Assembly: GCA_020429585.1 (NCBI GenBank)
Contig: JAGQLE010000001.1
Coordinates: forward strand, 1-49,436
Length of the DNA: 49,436 nucleotides
Source: Candidatus Berkelbacteria bacterium
Lineage (GTDB): Bacteria > Patescibacteriota > UBA1384 > JACPKC01
Direction of reading: 5' to 3'
In this document: one piece after another, positions 1-7,896 of the stretch
Position numbering within the stretch: the first letter of the stretch is position 1
Layout: every line of letters begins with the position of its first letter
Notes under the pieces: generated by a model
Seen by the model: only the letters and a program-made list of their open reading frames with translations
Told to the model about the DNA's origin: nothing
The model's database searches: none
Translations under genes and position numbers: made by a program

Positions 1-17
1 AATCAAATACGCAGCGC

Positions 18-46
18 TTGACAGTGGATAACTTTTAAGTTAAAAT
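18..46 (+). promoter_or_regulatory. sigma70-type promoter (TTGACA-17 nt-TAAAAT) in front of a non-coding transcript
   Basis: TTGACA at 18-23, 17-nt spacer, TAAAAT at 41-46. No ORF with a start codon and SD follows on the + strand. Confidence 0.55.
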
Positions 47-52
47 AATTTA

Positions 53-372
53 ATCTTGAAAATTAACAAACGGGCAGTCCGGCAACTAGCGGACAAACGC
101 ACAGCGGAGGGGTTTGGGTGCCAGCTGTGACTTACAAAACCTTGTAGGTCATTTTGGTACCAAAGCGTCGCCCGACCTGAGCGGCAGGTACTACTACCAA
201 TGTCACTCCCTTAACTAACGTGGAGTAACAGAGTAGGTGTCCGGGATCATCTTTCCTTGGGGTTACCCGCGGAAGGAGCTTACGATCTTTGGCCCAGCTC
301 CGACGGCAACTAGACTCACTCGGTAGGTCAATAATAATTTGTTTTAAGACCTTTCCAACGTGGGTCTTTTTG
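53..372 (+). ncRNA. unclassified structured RNA of about 320 nt, bounded by a promoter and a terminator
   Basis: Lies between the consensus promoter and a hairpin plus T-run (346-372). No credible ORF on either strand. Several stable helices, e.g. 128-137/142-151 (10 bp). The 10-nt motif CGGCAACTAG occurs twice (80-89, 304-313). Class not recognised. Confidence 0.4.
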
Positions 373-378
373 TATTTT

Positions 379-399
379 AAAAGGACCCTTACGGGTCCT
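379..399 (-). terminator. hairpin terminator for ORF 405..761
   Basis: AGGACCC-TTAC-GGGTCCT stem-loop at 382-399, followed on the minus strand by TTTAAAA. It is 17/18 identical to the hairpin at 842-859. Confidence 0.5.
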
Positions 400-404
400 T
401 TGAA

Positions 405-761
405 TTATTTCGAGAAGAGCTGGTTAAGTTCTTTGGCATGATCCGGTAGAACGACTTTGACGATACGGTAAAACTGGTCATTTAGAAGTCGAACTCCGAT
501 TGGTGGTAGTTCAAGAAGGGATTTGGGAATTGCGCATTGCGATTCATCTCTGGTGAGTATCCTGATGATCGCTGTTTTGTAGGCCGATACGAACTCCAGA
601 GGCGTTTGTAGGTCGGGTAAATAATCTGCCAAGTAAATACCCAGATCCCAAATGATTTTTAGATCGTATGGGATATAGGGTAACCCCTTGTCAGCCGGAA
701 TAAGTTCTTTGAGGCTGCGGAGTCGATCTTTGACTTCGCCCATCCAGCGCGCACTGTCCAT
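405..761 (-). CDS. hypothetical protein, small paralog family (related to 862..1191)
   Basis: 118-aa ORF with its own terminator. The C-terminal block IVKVVLPDHAKELNQLF aligns with FAKIVFPDQADQLIRQY of 862..1191. No domain recognised. Confidence 0.5.
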   Translation of the reverse strand: MDSARWMGEVKDRLRSLKELIPADKGLPYIPYDLKIIWDLGIYLADYLPDLQTPLEFVSAYKTAIIRILTRDESQCAIPKSLLELPPIGVRLLNDQFYRIVKVVLPDHAKELNQLFSK

Positions 762-836
762 TCTTTATCTGGTCCAATCTTGTTTTTATTCTAAAAGAAC
801 TGGTAATTATAAGGTTTTTTTGCTGCGGAGTCAATT

Positions 837-859
837 AGAAAAGGACCCTTGCGGGTCCT
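837..859 (-). terminator. hairpin terminator for ORF 862..1191
   Basis: AGGACCC-TTGC-GGGTCCT at 842-859, then TTTCT on the minus strand. Confidence 0.5.
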
Positions 860-861
860 GT

Positions 862-1191
862 TTAGCCGTGCCAGTTTGGCTTCCAGTCGACTTTTTCGAG
901 CCGGTGGTATTGCCGAATCAGTTGGTCGGCCTGGTCAGGAAAAACAATTTTGGCGAAATAATCGAACCAATCACAGGCCAAGAGGCGGTCGATCGGGTCG
1001 GCAAAATGCTTGGTTTTTACTCGGTCATAGGCTTCGCAGAATTCCTCTGGTGTATAGAATTCCGCGTCGGCCAGGGCGCATCCTAGGCTTGTTATTTTAA
1101 TAATCTTTTCCAGTGTCTCTAGTCGCTCAAAGCGAAAGTCGACTAGTAGGTGGGGTCCTAGGTTTTTCAGTAAATCAGTTTTTTCTTTCAA
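862..1191 (-). CDS. hypothetical protein, small paralog family (related to 405..761)
   Basis: 109-aa ORF whose start overlaps the end of 1175..1864 by 17 nt, consistent with translational coupling. Shares sequence blocks with 405..761. Confidence 0.5.
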   Translation of the reverse strand: MKEKTDLLKNLGPHLLVDFRFERLETLEKIIKITSLGCALADAEFYTPEEFCEAYDRVKTKHFADPIDRLLACDWFDYFAKIVFPDQADQLIRQYHRLEKVDWKPNWHG

Positions 1192-1864
1192 GCTGCCATC
1201 TTCCTTCCTTGATCGTTAGTCGATCGGTAATTAGTAGTGCATTGACGATGCACCGTAGTTTTACAAGCGGACAATCCTGGCAGAGGATTAATCGGCTTAA
1301 TTCTTGAACTACGCGATGTTTGAGTTGAGGATTTCGGTTGATCATCTTTAGTCCCCAACTTGGTTCGAGAATGCTGAGTCGCGCAAGAGCTAGGAGCTGA
1401 TCTTCCATGTTTTCGATTGACTGTTCAAAAACTAGGGAGCGGTCAATTTTAAACCCGGTAAATAATCCGGGATTCACCAAGCAGTAATTCGGCATCTCAA
1501 TCCATTGCAGGCCCGGTGGCGTCCACTCTCGGTAAAGCTGCCAATACTCCTCTGCAAAACGCAAGTAATGAAGCTGGGAGCGGATCCAAGCTAGATCGAT
1601 TAAGGCAACTTGCGCCAGTAGCGCCAACAGTTCCTCACCGTTTCTTTTGGAAGCTTGATAGCGCTCGTGGTTTCTCTCGAGGTTAGTGCGGACTCTTTTC
1701 CAATAAAAATCGCAGACAATAAGGTTTGTGTCGGCGATCGCCAGGTTGGCCAGGGCGTAAGTTAGGTCGGTATCGCTAAACTCTCTTGATTTAAGCAGCT
1801 CAATAGTATCCTGGCAGGTGGTTTGGAGATCCTGCTCTAATTCCATGGCGAGCACATCGAGCAT
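1175..1864 (-). CDS. hypothetical protein, large paralog family (related to 1985..2788)
   Basis: 229-aa ORF. The blocks LALLAQVALIDLAWIRSQ and SILEPSWGLKMINRNPQLKHRVVQEL align with 1985..2788. No domain recognised. Confidence 0.55.
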   Translation of the reverse strand: MLDVLAMELEQDLQTTCQDTIELLKSREFSDTDLTYALANLAIADTNLIVCDFYWKRVRTNLERNHERYQASKRNGEELLALLAQVALIDLAWIRSQLHYLRFAEEYWQLYREWTPPGLQWIEMPNYCLVNPGLFTGFKIDRSLVFEQSIENMEDQLLALARLSILEPSWGLKMINRNPQLKHRVVQELSRLILCQDCPLVKLRCIVNALLITDRLTIKEGRWQLERKN

Positions 1865-1951
1865 ATTTTAAGGTCCTATCTTAAAGTTTATCCGCATAAG
1901 CGAACCGAGAAGCTTAACTTAAACAGATGGGTTGATCAAGGTCTGTCAATT

Positions 1952-1974
1952 AAAAAAGCCCCTTGTTGGGGCTT
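1952..1974 (-). terminator. intrinsic terminator for ORF 1985..2788
   Basis: AAGCCCC-TTGTT-GGGGCTT stem (1956-1974) followed by a T-run on the minus strand. Confidence 0.6.
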
Positions 1975-1984
1975 GTTTGGTTAA

Positions 1985-2788
1985 CTAAACTCCATTTCTA
2001 AGACTCCAGCGTTCTTCGCCGGTTTCCTCGTCATAAGTTACCTCGAGGCCACGGTCGATTACCAAGACCATTAAGGTTGTTTTGAGTCGTTCGAGGAGGT
2101 CGATGGAATGAAAGAATCGGAGATCAAGAATCTCGTCAATCCTTTCTTCGAGGTCCGGGGTAGTCTCGATAACCCTTTTGCCCCAACCCCGTTCCAGAAT
2201 GCTTACGATTGCAATATCCTCTAGCGGCCGCTCTTTGGAGGGTTTGAACGGGAGAGTGACTGAGATTTGTCTCATCATCATTTCGGGATGGATGATGTAG
2301 TAGGAGGAGGCTGCATGCCAAAGCTCTCCGGCGTCAACCTTTTCCCTGGAGAAAGCTGGCGAGTGACAGTATCGACTTACAAAAACCTCCAGTTGGATCT
2401 GGCGCCTAAGCCAGCCCAGATCAATTAAGGCGACCTTGGCCAATACTTCGTAGAGGGGTTCACCAAGTTTGTCGCTGTGCTTTTCATCCAATTCTTGATC
2501 AACGTGAGCGAGAAGCCGGTTAACGTTATCAAGAACCGATTTTAAGGCCCGGTGATTGATGCTGGTAAAGTTGTTATCGAGGACGCTGCCATAGGCGTAC
2601 ATCCTCAAAAGTTCTTCCGGAGAGAGATCTAGATAGTTTCTCTCCAGAGTCTTTGCGCAAAGTTCTCTAAGTGCCGGCCATTGGGTTTGGTAGCGCTCGG
2701 CCCATCGACCGACGACATCTTTTGTTTCTTGCATTTTAATGTCCAATCCAGGTTTATTTTCGCCGTAGCGAACCAAGAACTTTAGCAA
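1985..2788 (-). CDS. hypothetical protein, large paralog family (related to 1175..1864)
   Basis: 267-aa ORF starting at TTG 2788; an ATG at 2734 (MQETK...) is an alternative start. Shares VLAKVALIDLGWLRRQ and SILERGWGKRVIETTPDLEERIDEIL with 1175..1864. Confidence 0.55.
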   Translation of the reverse strand: MLKFLVRYGENKPGLDIKMQETKDVVGRWAERYQTQWPALRELCAKTLERNYLDLSPEELLRMYAYGSVLDNNFTSINHRALKSVLDNVNRLLAHVDQELDEKHSDKLGEPLYEVLAKVALIDLGWLRRQIQLEVFVSRYCHSPAFSREKVDAGELWHAASSYYIIHPEMMMRQISVTLPFKPSKERPLEDIAIVSILERGWGKRVIETTPDLEERIDEILDLRFFHSIDLLERLKTTLMVLVIDRGLEVTYDEETGEERWSLRNGV

Positions 2789-2820
2789 AAAATTATTAAA
2801 TATTCAAGGTCTGGATATTA

Positions 2821-2841
2821 AAAAACCGCACTTAGTGCGGT
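2821..2841 (-). terminator. intrinsic terminator for the 3515..2832 gene pair
   Basis: ACCGCAC-TTA-GTGCGGT stem at 2825-2841 with a T-run on the minus strand. The stem overlaps the last codons of 2832..3059. Confidence 0.6.
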
Positions 2842-3059
2842 TTATTGTTTTCTAGTTTTTCCAAGACTGGATCAATTTTATCCATACAGTCCTGGCAGGT
2901 TAGAAGGTGATTAACTAGCTCGGTCGCTTCGTCCGAGTTGAGTTTATTGCCACCTAAAATTTTTTTATAAAATTGTTCGCATTGAGCGCAGTCAACGGCA
3001 GGTATTTTTACTTGACCGTCGCTTATCTGGCTGGGATTGAATTTTTGTAGTTCGTCCAT
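2832..3059 (-). CDS. small zinc-finger protein with a ZAS-type H-x3-C-x2-C motif (zf-HC2-like), no TM segment
   Basis: 75 aa. CAQC at the N-terminal side plus HLLTCQDC match the anti-sigma zinc-binding pattern. Lies 12 nt downstream of 3072..3515. Confidence 0.55.
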   Translation of the reverse strand: MDELQKFNPSQISDGQVKIPAVDCAQCEQFYKKILGGNKLNSDEATELVNHLLTCQDCMDKIDPVLEKLENNKPH

Positions 3060-3071
3060 CGATATCTCTCC

Positions 3072-3515
3072 TTATCTGTACAGTTGCTGTTCGATGTCGG
3101 CGATTAGATCGCCGCTCAAGCGGGTGTTGTTGGGAATGCCTAGAATTGGGTCGAAGTCACCATTTTCTTCTATAAAGGCGACTCGATTAAGGGCTAAAAC
3201 GCCAGCTTTTTCAGTTGGCTTTGTTGAATTTTTGAGGTTGTGAATAGATGCTCGCATGTTTTGATCATTTGTTTCAGCAAATTTCAGAATTCGCTGCTGA
3301 TCAGTATTACTTTCAAGGGGAAGGTAGCGCAGGCTTGGCCCTGAAAACTTAAAAACTTTTACTTGCAGACGTAAAAAGTTTTGTGGCGGGTTGTTGTCAT
3401 CGAGACCGATAATCCAATCCGTGCCCTCTTTTTCGTCTGCTTGCGGTGGACTGTAAAAGATTGGAAATTTTGGCAAAAGAAGTCGTGCGGCGACGTGTTC
3501 GCCCAGCGAAGCCAC
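3072..3515 (-). CDS. hypothetical protein, possible PD-(D/E)xK nuclease-fold N-terminal region (DUF4365-like)
   Basis: 147 aa with a GTG start. The pattern GEHVAARLL...GTDWIIGLDD...LRLQVKVF resembles the E...D...QxK arrangement of restriction-endonuclease-fold proteins. This assignment is weak. Confidence 0.45.
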   Translation of the reverse strand: MASLGEHVAARLLLPKFPIFYSPPQADEKEGTDWIIGLDDNNPPQNFLRLQVKVFKFSGPSLRYLPLESNTDQQRILKFAETNDQNMRASIHNLKNSTKPTEKAGVLALNRVAFIEENGDFDPILGIPNNTRLSGDLIADIEQQLYR

Positions 3516-3636
3516 CGCGTTGAAAATTCATAGATTAATCAAAACACGGGGCAGTTGCCTCGTCAATTTTTAAAGGCCTTCTTATAAAGACCGGTAAGCT
3601 TATATGATATGTTAGATTTAGTCAACGGGAGAGGAA

Positions 3637-4602
3637 ATGTTTTCAGCTAAGGGTATAGTTGTTTTCGGCTTGATTGCGATGGCGATTTTAATTGGCCTTT
3701 TGGTAAAGTTGCGGATCGACAAAGCCAGTCAGCCGGCATCAGCTCAAACTTATGGCAATATTGCTGGTTTATCGGTAGATCAAGTTAAAGGCGTTGATCA
3801 TTTAGTTGAAAGCCACATTGCTCCGACTGGTCTCTTTACCCTTGAAGATCAGCTAGATAGCCTGGGAGTTGAAGTTTATGCCGAAGACCAGTGGTCGGCG
3901 GTACCCGATCCAAGTCTAGGGATCGGCAGTAAGATCGAAATTGTGCGAGCGACGCCGATTAAAGTAGTTGATGCTGGTAAGGAAACTGAGTATCGGACTT
4001 GGCAGGCAACGGTCGGTGAGTTCTTGGCCGAAGCTGGAATTGATGTCGACGATGACGATGTGGTCAATCGAGAGTTTTCGACTCCACTTGGACAGGATTT
4101 GGAGATTGTGATTACCCGAGTCGGCGTAACCGAAGAGATAGAGACCGAAGCTATTGATTATGAAGTGATTAAAAAGAATGATTCGACCCTCGAAAAAGGT
4201 ATAACTCAGCTTGAGCAAACCGGTAAAAACGGTGAACGGACTAAAAAGTATGCTGTCCGCTATGAAAACGGGGTTGAGGTTGAACGCCAGCTGGTTTCAA
4301 ACGAAGTGACGGTTGAGTCTCAGGCCGAGATTACACTTATTGGAACAAAGGTTTTGACTTACGGTTCAGGCGAGGCGACATGGTACTCCTGGAAATCTGG
4401 CGGGGCGGCACATAATACTTTGCCTTTTGGAACTAAAGTCAGAGTGGTTAATTTAAGTAATGGCAAATCAACGATTGTAACTATTAATGACCGTGGCATT
4501 TACGGTTCGGCGATTATCGATTTGGATACCGACTCATTTGCCGCCATTGCTCCGCTCGGCGCTGGTCGAATCGATGTAAGGCTGGAAAAGGTTTACGAAT
4601 AA
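3637..4602 (+). CDS. secreted/anchored cell-wall protein: DUF348 + G5 domain + RlpA-like double-psi beta-barrel
   Basis: N-terminal TM helix. G5-like segment KKNDSTLEKGITQLEQTGKNGERTKKY. C-terminal GEATWYSW...TIVTINDRG...IDLDTDSF is typical of RlpA/3D-type lytic domains. SD GGGAGAGG upstream. Confidence 0.75.
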   Translation: MFSAKGIVVFGLIAMAILIGLLVKLRIDKASQPASAQTYGNIAGLSVDQVKGVDHLVESHIAPTGLFTLEDQLDSLGVEVYAEDQWSAVPDPSLGIGSKIEIVRATPIKVVDAGKETEYRTWQATVGEFLAEAGIDVDDDDVVNREFSTPLGQDLEIVITRVGVTEEIETEAIDYEVIKKNDSTLEKGITQLEQTGKNGERTKKYAVRYENGVEVERQLVSNEVTVESQAEITLIGTKVLTYGSGEATWYSWKSGGAAHNTLPFGTKVRVVNLSNGKSTIVTINDRGIYGSAIIDLDTDSFAAIAPLGAGRIDVRLEKVYE

Positions 4603-4605
4603 AAA

Positions 4606-4625
4606 ACCTCCCGTTTAAAGGAGGT
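4606..4625. terminator. bidirectional hairpin between convergent genes
   Basis: CCTCC-GTTTAAA-GGAGG stem-loop flanked by an A-run and T/A-rich sequence. Confidence 0.45.
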
Positions 4626-4644
4626 ATAAGTATAAAAAATTGTC

Positions 4645-5466
4645 CTAAGACACTTTTTTCTTTTTTAGGATCTGTCCGTCTTGGCCAATGACAATGTAAC
4701 TGAAACCCAGACGGTCATATATTTTTTTGAACTGTTTCCGTCTTTCTCTAAGGGCATGTTTATTGATGGGGGCCTCGCGAGGTGGTTCGCCTTCGTACCT
4801 GGAGCGGAGGGGCCAGTCGCAGATAACGTAGCCACCGGGTTCCAAGTGTGCCATTGCTAGCGCTTTGTCGAGCTGAAGTTCGGGTTGAATTAGACCCATG
4901 ATTACCCCAAGCCTTTCTTTTTTTGGAGCTTGGTAGTTTTCGAGCTTCGAACTTGACCACCTGATCGAAATTTCAACTGGGCCTTCTCCGAGATCGAGTT
5001 CGAAACAGAGTTCGTTTTCGTCGATGATGGAGACTTCTGGTTCGATGCCACGGATTTTGGCATCGAGTAAGATTACTCGGCCGGCTAAATCCTTTAGTTT
5101 TCTGATGGCTGAGTCACTCCTAAAGAGGGGATCTATCATAACGATTTTTTTACCACCCAAAAAGAGTGGTGAGTAAAGATCGAGCCCGCTGCCGGCGTAT
5201 AGCCAGGTAGTATTATCCCGAATCTCTTTATGCGGAAAAGTTCGTCGCAATAGTTCGTGCAAAAATTTGCGCTTACACTTTAAGGCGGTTAGCCTGACCT
5301 CCGGATTGGCAAGTTCCGTAACACAGATATTCGCGAATAGGGTTTGGCGTAGATAATTAACGCCCTTTATATTGTAGTTGGATAGGTCGTCGTCTTCTCG
5401 TTCTTTGAGGCATCTTAAGCTAGGCGTCCATTCTTTGATTGGAACGGACAGGATTCCATCGAGCAT
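4645..5466 (-). CDS. hypothetical protein, possible class I SAM-dependent methyltransferase fold
   Basis: 273 aa. WLYAGSGLDLYSP (motif I-like), KIVMIDPL (acidic motif II-like) and LEPGGYVICD. Weak assignment. Confidence 0.5.
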   Translation of the reverse strand: MLDGILSVPIKEWTPSLRCLKEREDDDLSNYNIKGVNYLRQTLFANICVTELANPEVRLTALKCKRKFLHELLRRTFPHKEIRDNTTWLYAGSGLDLYSPLFLGGKKIVMIDPLFRSDSAIRKLKDLAGRVILLDAKIRGIEPEVSIIDENELCFELDLGEGPVEISIRWSSSKLENYQAPKKERLGVIMGLIQPELQLDKALAMAHLEPGGYVICDWPLRSRYEGEPPREAPINKHALRERRKQFKKIYDRLGFSYIVIGQDGQILKKKKVS

Positions 5467-5593
5467 TCATTTTCCTCCTAGTATTGTTAAACCAAGGCCA
5501 GGTAAACCTTGGTGACAGCGATTATAGGTTTTAGCGGGCTTCTTTTCAAGGATTTTCATCGCTTTTTAATGATTTTTTTGTTAATTTAATACT

Positions 5594-6460
5594 ATGAAAA
5601 CCCAGAAAGGGCGTCCAAAACCCAATCTGAGGAGAGGTGTTGCCAAAAAGTCTTTAGGGCAACATTTTTTAGTTGATCCAGTGATGGTAAATACCTTAGT
5701 CAAAACTGCTCAACTCGCGCCGTCGGCGCGAGTTTTAGAAATCGGTCCGGGTAAAGGAATTATCACTAAGGATTTAGCCGATGCTGTTCCTGAGGGTTTG
5801 GTATTGGCGGTCGAAAAAGACCGTCAATTGGCCGAAGCTCTGCGGGCGATTTTTTCGAACAAGAAAAACGTTAAGGTGGTCATTAAAGACATTTTAGAAC
5901 TACCTATTAGTGACTTGCTTGACGAGCCGTACCAGATAGTAGCGAATTTGCCTTTTAATATTACTTCGCCGGTGATTACCAAGTTTCTACTCGGGGATTA
6001 TCGAGGGAGGAGCGGCAGCTCATCGCCTTTGCCCCAACAGATGACGCTAATTGTCCAAAAAGAAATGGCTGAGCGCCTGGTGGCAAAACCCGGCAATCGG
6101 GAGCGCGGTATTCTCACGGTGCTTTTAGAGTTATTCGGCCAGATTGAGTACATTGCCACTATCGAGCCCGAGGCGTTTTTTCCGGCACCCGAGGTAAAAA
6201 GCGCCATTGTTGATATTAAGCTAACCAAGCCTCAGGTGGATCCATTGGCATTGCTGACCTTGCTTAAGGCCGGTTTTGCCAATAAGCGCCGTCAGCTTCA
6301 TAACTCATTGGCTGGCAGTTTGCGCTTGTCGAGTAATCAAGCTAAAGACTTGCTCATTGCAGCGGGAGTTAATCCGCAATTGCGGGCCGAAGACTTAACC
6401 CTTAAAAACTGGCTGGATCTTTTAAAAGTTGTTAAGGAACGCGGAGGCCAGAATGTCTAA
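5594..6460 (+). CDS. rsmA: 16S rRNA (adenine1518/1519-N6)-dimethyltransferase
   Basis: LGQHFLVD, VLEIGPGKGIITKDL and ANLPFNITSP motifs. Confidence 0.93.
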   Translation: MKTQKGRPKPNLRRGVAKKSLGQHFLVDPVMVNTLVKTAQLAPSARVLEIGPGKGIITKDLADAVPEGLVLAVEKDRQLAEALRAIFSNKKNVKVVIKDILELPISDLLDEPYQIVANLPFNITSPVITKFLLGDYRGRSGSSSPLPQQMTLIVQKEMAERLVAKPGNRERGILTVLLELFGQIEYIATIEPEAFFPAPEVKSAIVDIKLTKPQVDPLALLTLLKAGFANKRRQLHNSLAGSLRLSSNQAKDLLIAAGVNPQLRAEDLTLKNWLDLLKVVKERGGQNV

Positions 6461-7136
6461 GCTTTATGTGGTGGCTACACCGATTGGCAATCTTGGCGAT
6501 ATCTCTGATCGGGCCCTGTCGACCCTAGAGCAGGTAAGCTTGATTTTGGCTGAGGATACTCGGACTACTAAAAAGCTGATCGGCCTTTATCCAAACCGGC
6601 GGATCGAAGCTCAGATCTTAAGGCTTGATGACAGTATTCAGGGAATCAGATTACTTAACATAGTTGACCAAATCGCTCAGGGAGTCGAAGCAGCGTTGGT
6701 TTCCGAGGCCGGTACGCCGCAAATTTCTGATCCGGGCAATAGTTTGATTAACGAATGCATTAAAAGAAACATTAAGGTTGTTCCTATTCCTGGCCCGTCG
6801 GCTTTGGCGAGTATTATCTCGGTGGCCAATTTTGCTGTCCAGCCGGTAATTTTTTATGGTTTTTTGCCAAAAAAGAAAGGCCGGGTAACGACTTTCGAAA
6901 AATTAAGCAAAATTGCTGGCAAATATGGCGCCAGTTCGGCGGTAGTTTACGAATCACCCGAAAGAATGGAGCGGACGCTGACTGACATTTTAGAATATTT
7001 AGGCGATAAGGAAATGGTAATCGGCCGCGAGCTGACAAAAAAGTTCGAAGAGATCTGGTACGGAAAAGTTTCGGAAGCATTGGCGCACTTTAAAGCGCCG
7101 AAGGGCGAATTTACGCTACTTATAAAGCTAAACTAA
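6453..7136 (+). CDS. rsmI: 16S rRNA (cytidine1402-2'-O)-methyltransferase
   Basis: LYVVATPIGNLGDIS...AEDTRTTKKL. ATG 6453 is preceded by GGAGG and overlaps the rsmA stop (ATGTCTAA). The longer ORF from 6429 is rejected. Confidence 0.9.
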   Translation: MSKLYVVATPIGNLGDISDRALSTLEQVSLILAEDTRTTKKLIGLYPNRRIEAQILRLDDSIQGIRLLNIVDQIAQGVEAALVSEAGTPQISDPGNSLINECIKRNIKVVPIPGPSALASIISVANFAVQPVIFYGFLPKKKGRVTTFEKLSKIAGKYGASSAVVYESPERMERTLTDILEYLGDKEMVIGRELTKKFEEIWYGKVSEALAHFKAPKGEFTLLIKLN

Positions 7137-7196
7137 GATTGTCTTAGACTTGAGCTCAAAGTTGTTTCTTGGCTCGACAAAGTTTAGGATGGGCTT

Positions 7197-7481
7197 ATGA
7201 CTCAATTAGATAAAGCAGTTCAAATTACGTTAACCGGCAAGGTAATTGGGGTTGGCTTACGCAATTGGGCCCAGCGAGAGGCCAATCGGCGTGGCCTGGG
7301 CGGTTGGGTGCGCAATAATACCGACCGATCCGTTTCGATCGAGGTCGAGGGGCCGGTTGCTGACGTTGATGCGTTCGTTGATTCGGTTGGCCAAGGTCTG
7401 CTCGAAGGGGCAGAAATCAAATCCAAGGACGTCCGAGAGTCCGAAATTAAGCGCTACACTGGTTTTTATGTGGAATATTAG
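7197..7481 (+). CDS. acyP: acylphosphatase
   Basis: 94 aa; VxGxVQGVGFR-like GKVIGVGLRNWAQREANRRGLGGWVRN. Confidence 0.85.
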   Translation: MTQLDKAVQITLTGKVIGVGLRNWAQREANRRGLGGWVRNNTDRSVSIEVEGPVADVDAFVDSVGQGLLEGAEIKSKDVRESEIKRYTGFYVEY

Positions 7482-7486
7482 ATGAG

Positions 7487-7544
7487 GGAATAGTGAGCAG
7501 GCAATAGCACAGTCATTAGGCATTAGGCAATAGAAGTGGTAGTA
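7487..7544. repeat. heptanucleotide tandem-repeat tract (AGGCAWT-type), left flank of the decayed four-helix-bundle cassette
   Basis: aggcaat...aggcatt aggcaat ag at 7499-7533. The 16-mer AGGCATTAGGCAATAG is identical to 44258-44273. Confidence 0.7.
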
Positions 7545-7896
7545 AAATCGTATCAGGATTTGATTGCTTGGCAGCGCAGCATGGAGCTCGTTGAGGAAAT
7601 TTTATAAGATAACCAACTCGTTGCCAGAGGTAGAGAAATTCGGTTTAGTTGCCCAAATGAGACGATGCGCTGTCTCGATTCCTTCTAATATTGCCGAAGG
7701 ATATAAGCGCAAATCTTTGGGTGATTATGTGAGATTTATCAACATTGACGACGCTTCATCGGCCGAACTAGAAACGCAGCTCTAAATCGTCGAGAGAATC
7801 TTTCCTGGCATTGAAATTAAAAAAAGCCTAAACTATGTAACTGAAGTACAAAAAATGCTATGGGCATTAAATAAAAAACTAATGCCTACTGCCTAG
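7536..7896 (+). pseudogene. decayed four-helix-bundle protein gene (23S rRNA intervening-sequence protein family)
   Basis: Frame A reads KSYQDLIAWQRSMELVEEI. An extra T in the T4 run at 7600-7603 shifts the frame to YKITNSLPEVEKFGLVAQMRRCAVSIPSNIAEGY. An in-frame TAA at 7783 is followed by family-like sequence up to TAG 7894. Compare the intact copy at 26437..26838. Confidence 0.65.

Noticed and set aside
53-372. Tried to assign the orphan RNA to RNase P RNA, tmRNA, SRP RNA, 5S rRNA (minus strand) or a T-box leader
   Set aside because: Only short, non-collinear matches were found. AGUCCGG at 75-81 has no complementary P4 3' strand. There is no GGGG...CCACCA tmRNA frame or T-arm, and no GGAA helix-8 motif. 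The GUUAAG...GGUAGU resemblance on the minus strand sits in a 12-nt hairpin loop, incompatible with 5S helix III and loop C. UGGUACC...UCGCCC is T-box-like, but there is no downstream gene or adjacent antiterminator. The RNA is left unclassified.
688-1307. Plus-strand ORFs 688..1086, 849..1100 and 1113..1307
   Set aside because: They are antisense to better-supported minus-strand genes that have paralogs and terminators. Their compositions are Arg/Ser/Leu-rich, typical of antisense frames, and they lack SDs.
3072-3515. The 147-aa protein as an ECF sigma factor partner of the ZAS-type zinc-finger protein
   Set aside because: It has no region 2 or region 4 sigma-70 motifs and is too short. The composition and motif order fit a nuclease-like fold better, and even that is weak.
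7783-7785. In-frame TAA in the four-helix-bundle gene as stop-codon recoding or an alternative genetic code
   Set aside because: TAA terminates many well-supported genes in the window (rsmA, gatA, gap and others), and the same gene also carries a frameshift. Pseudogenisation or sequencing error is the simpler explanation.
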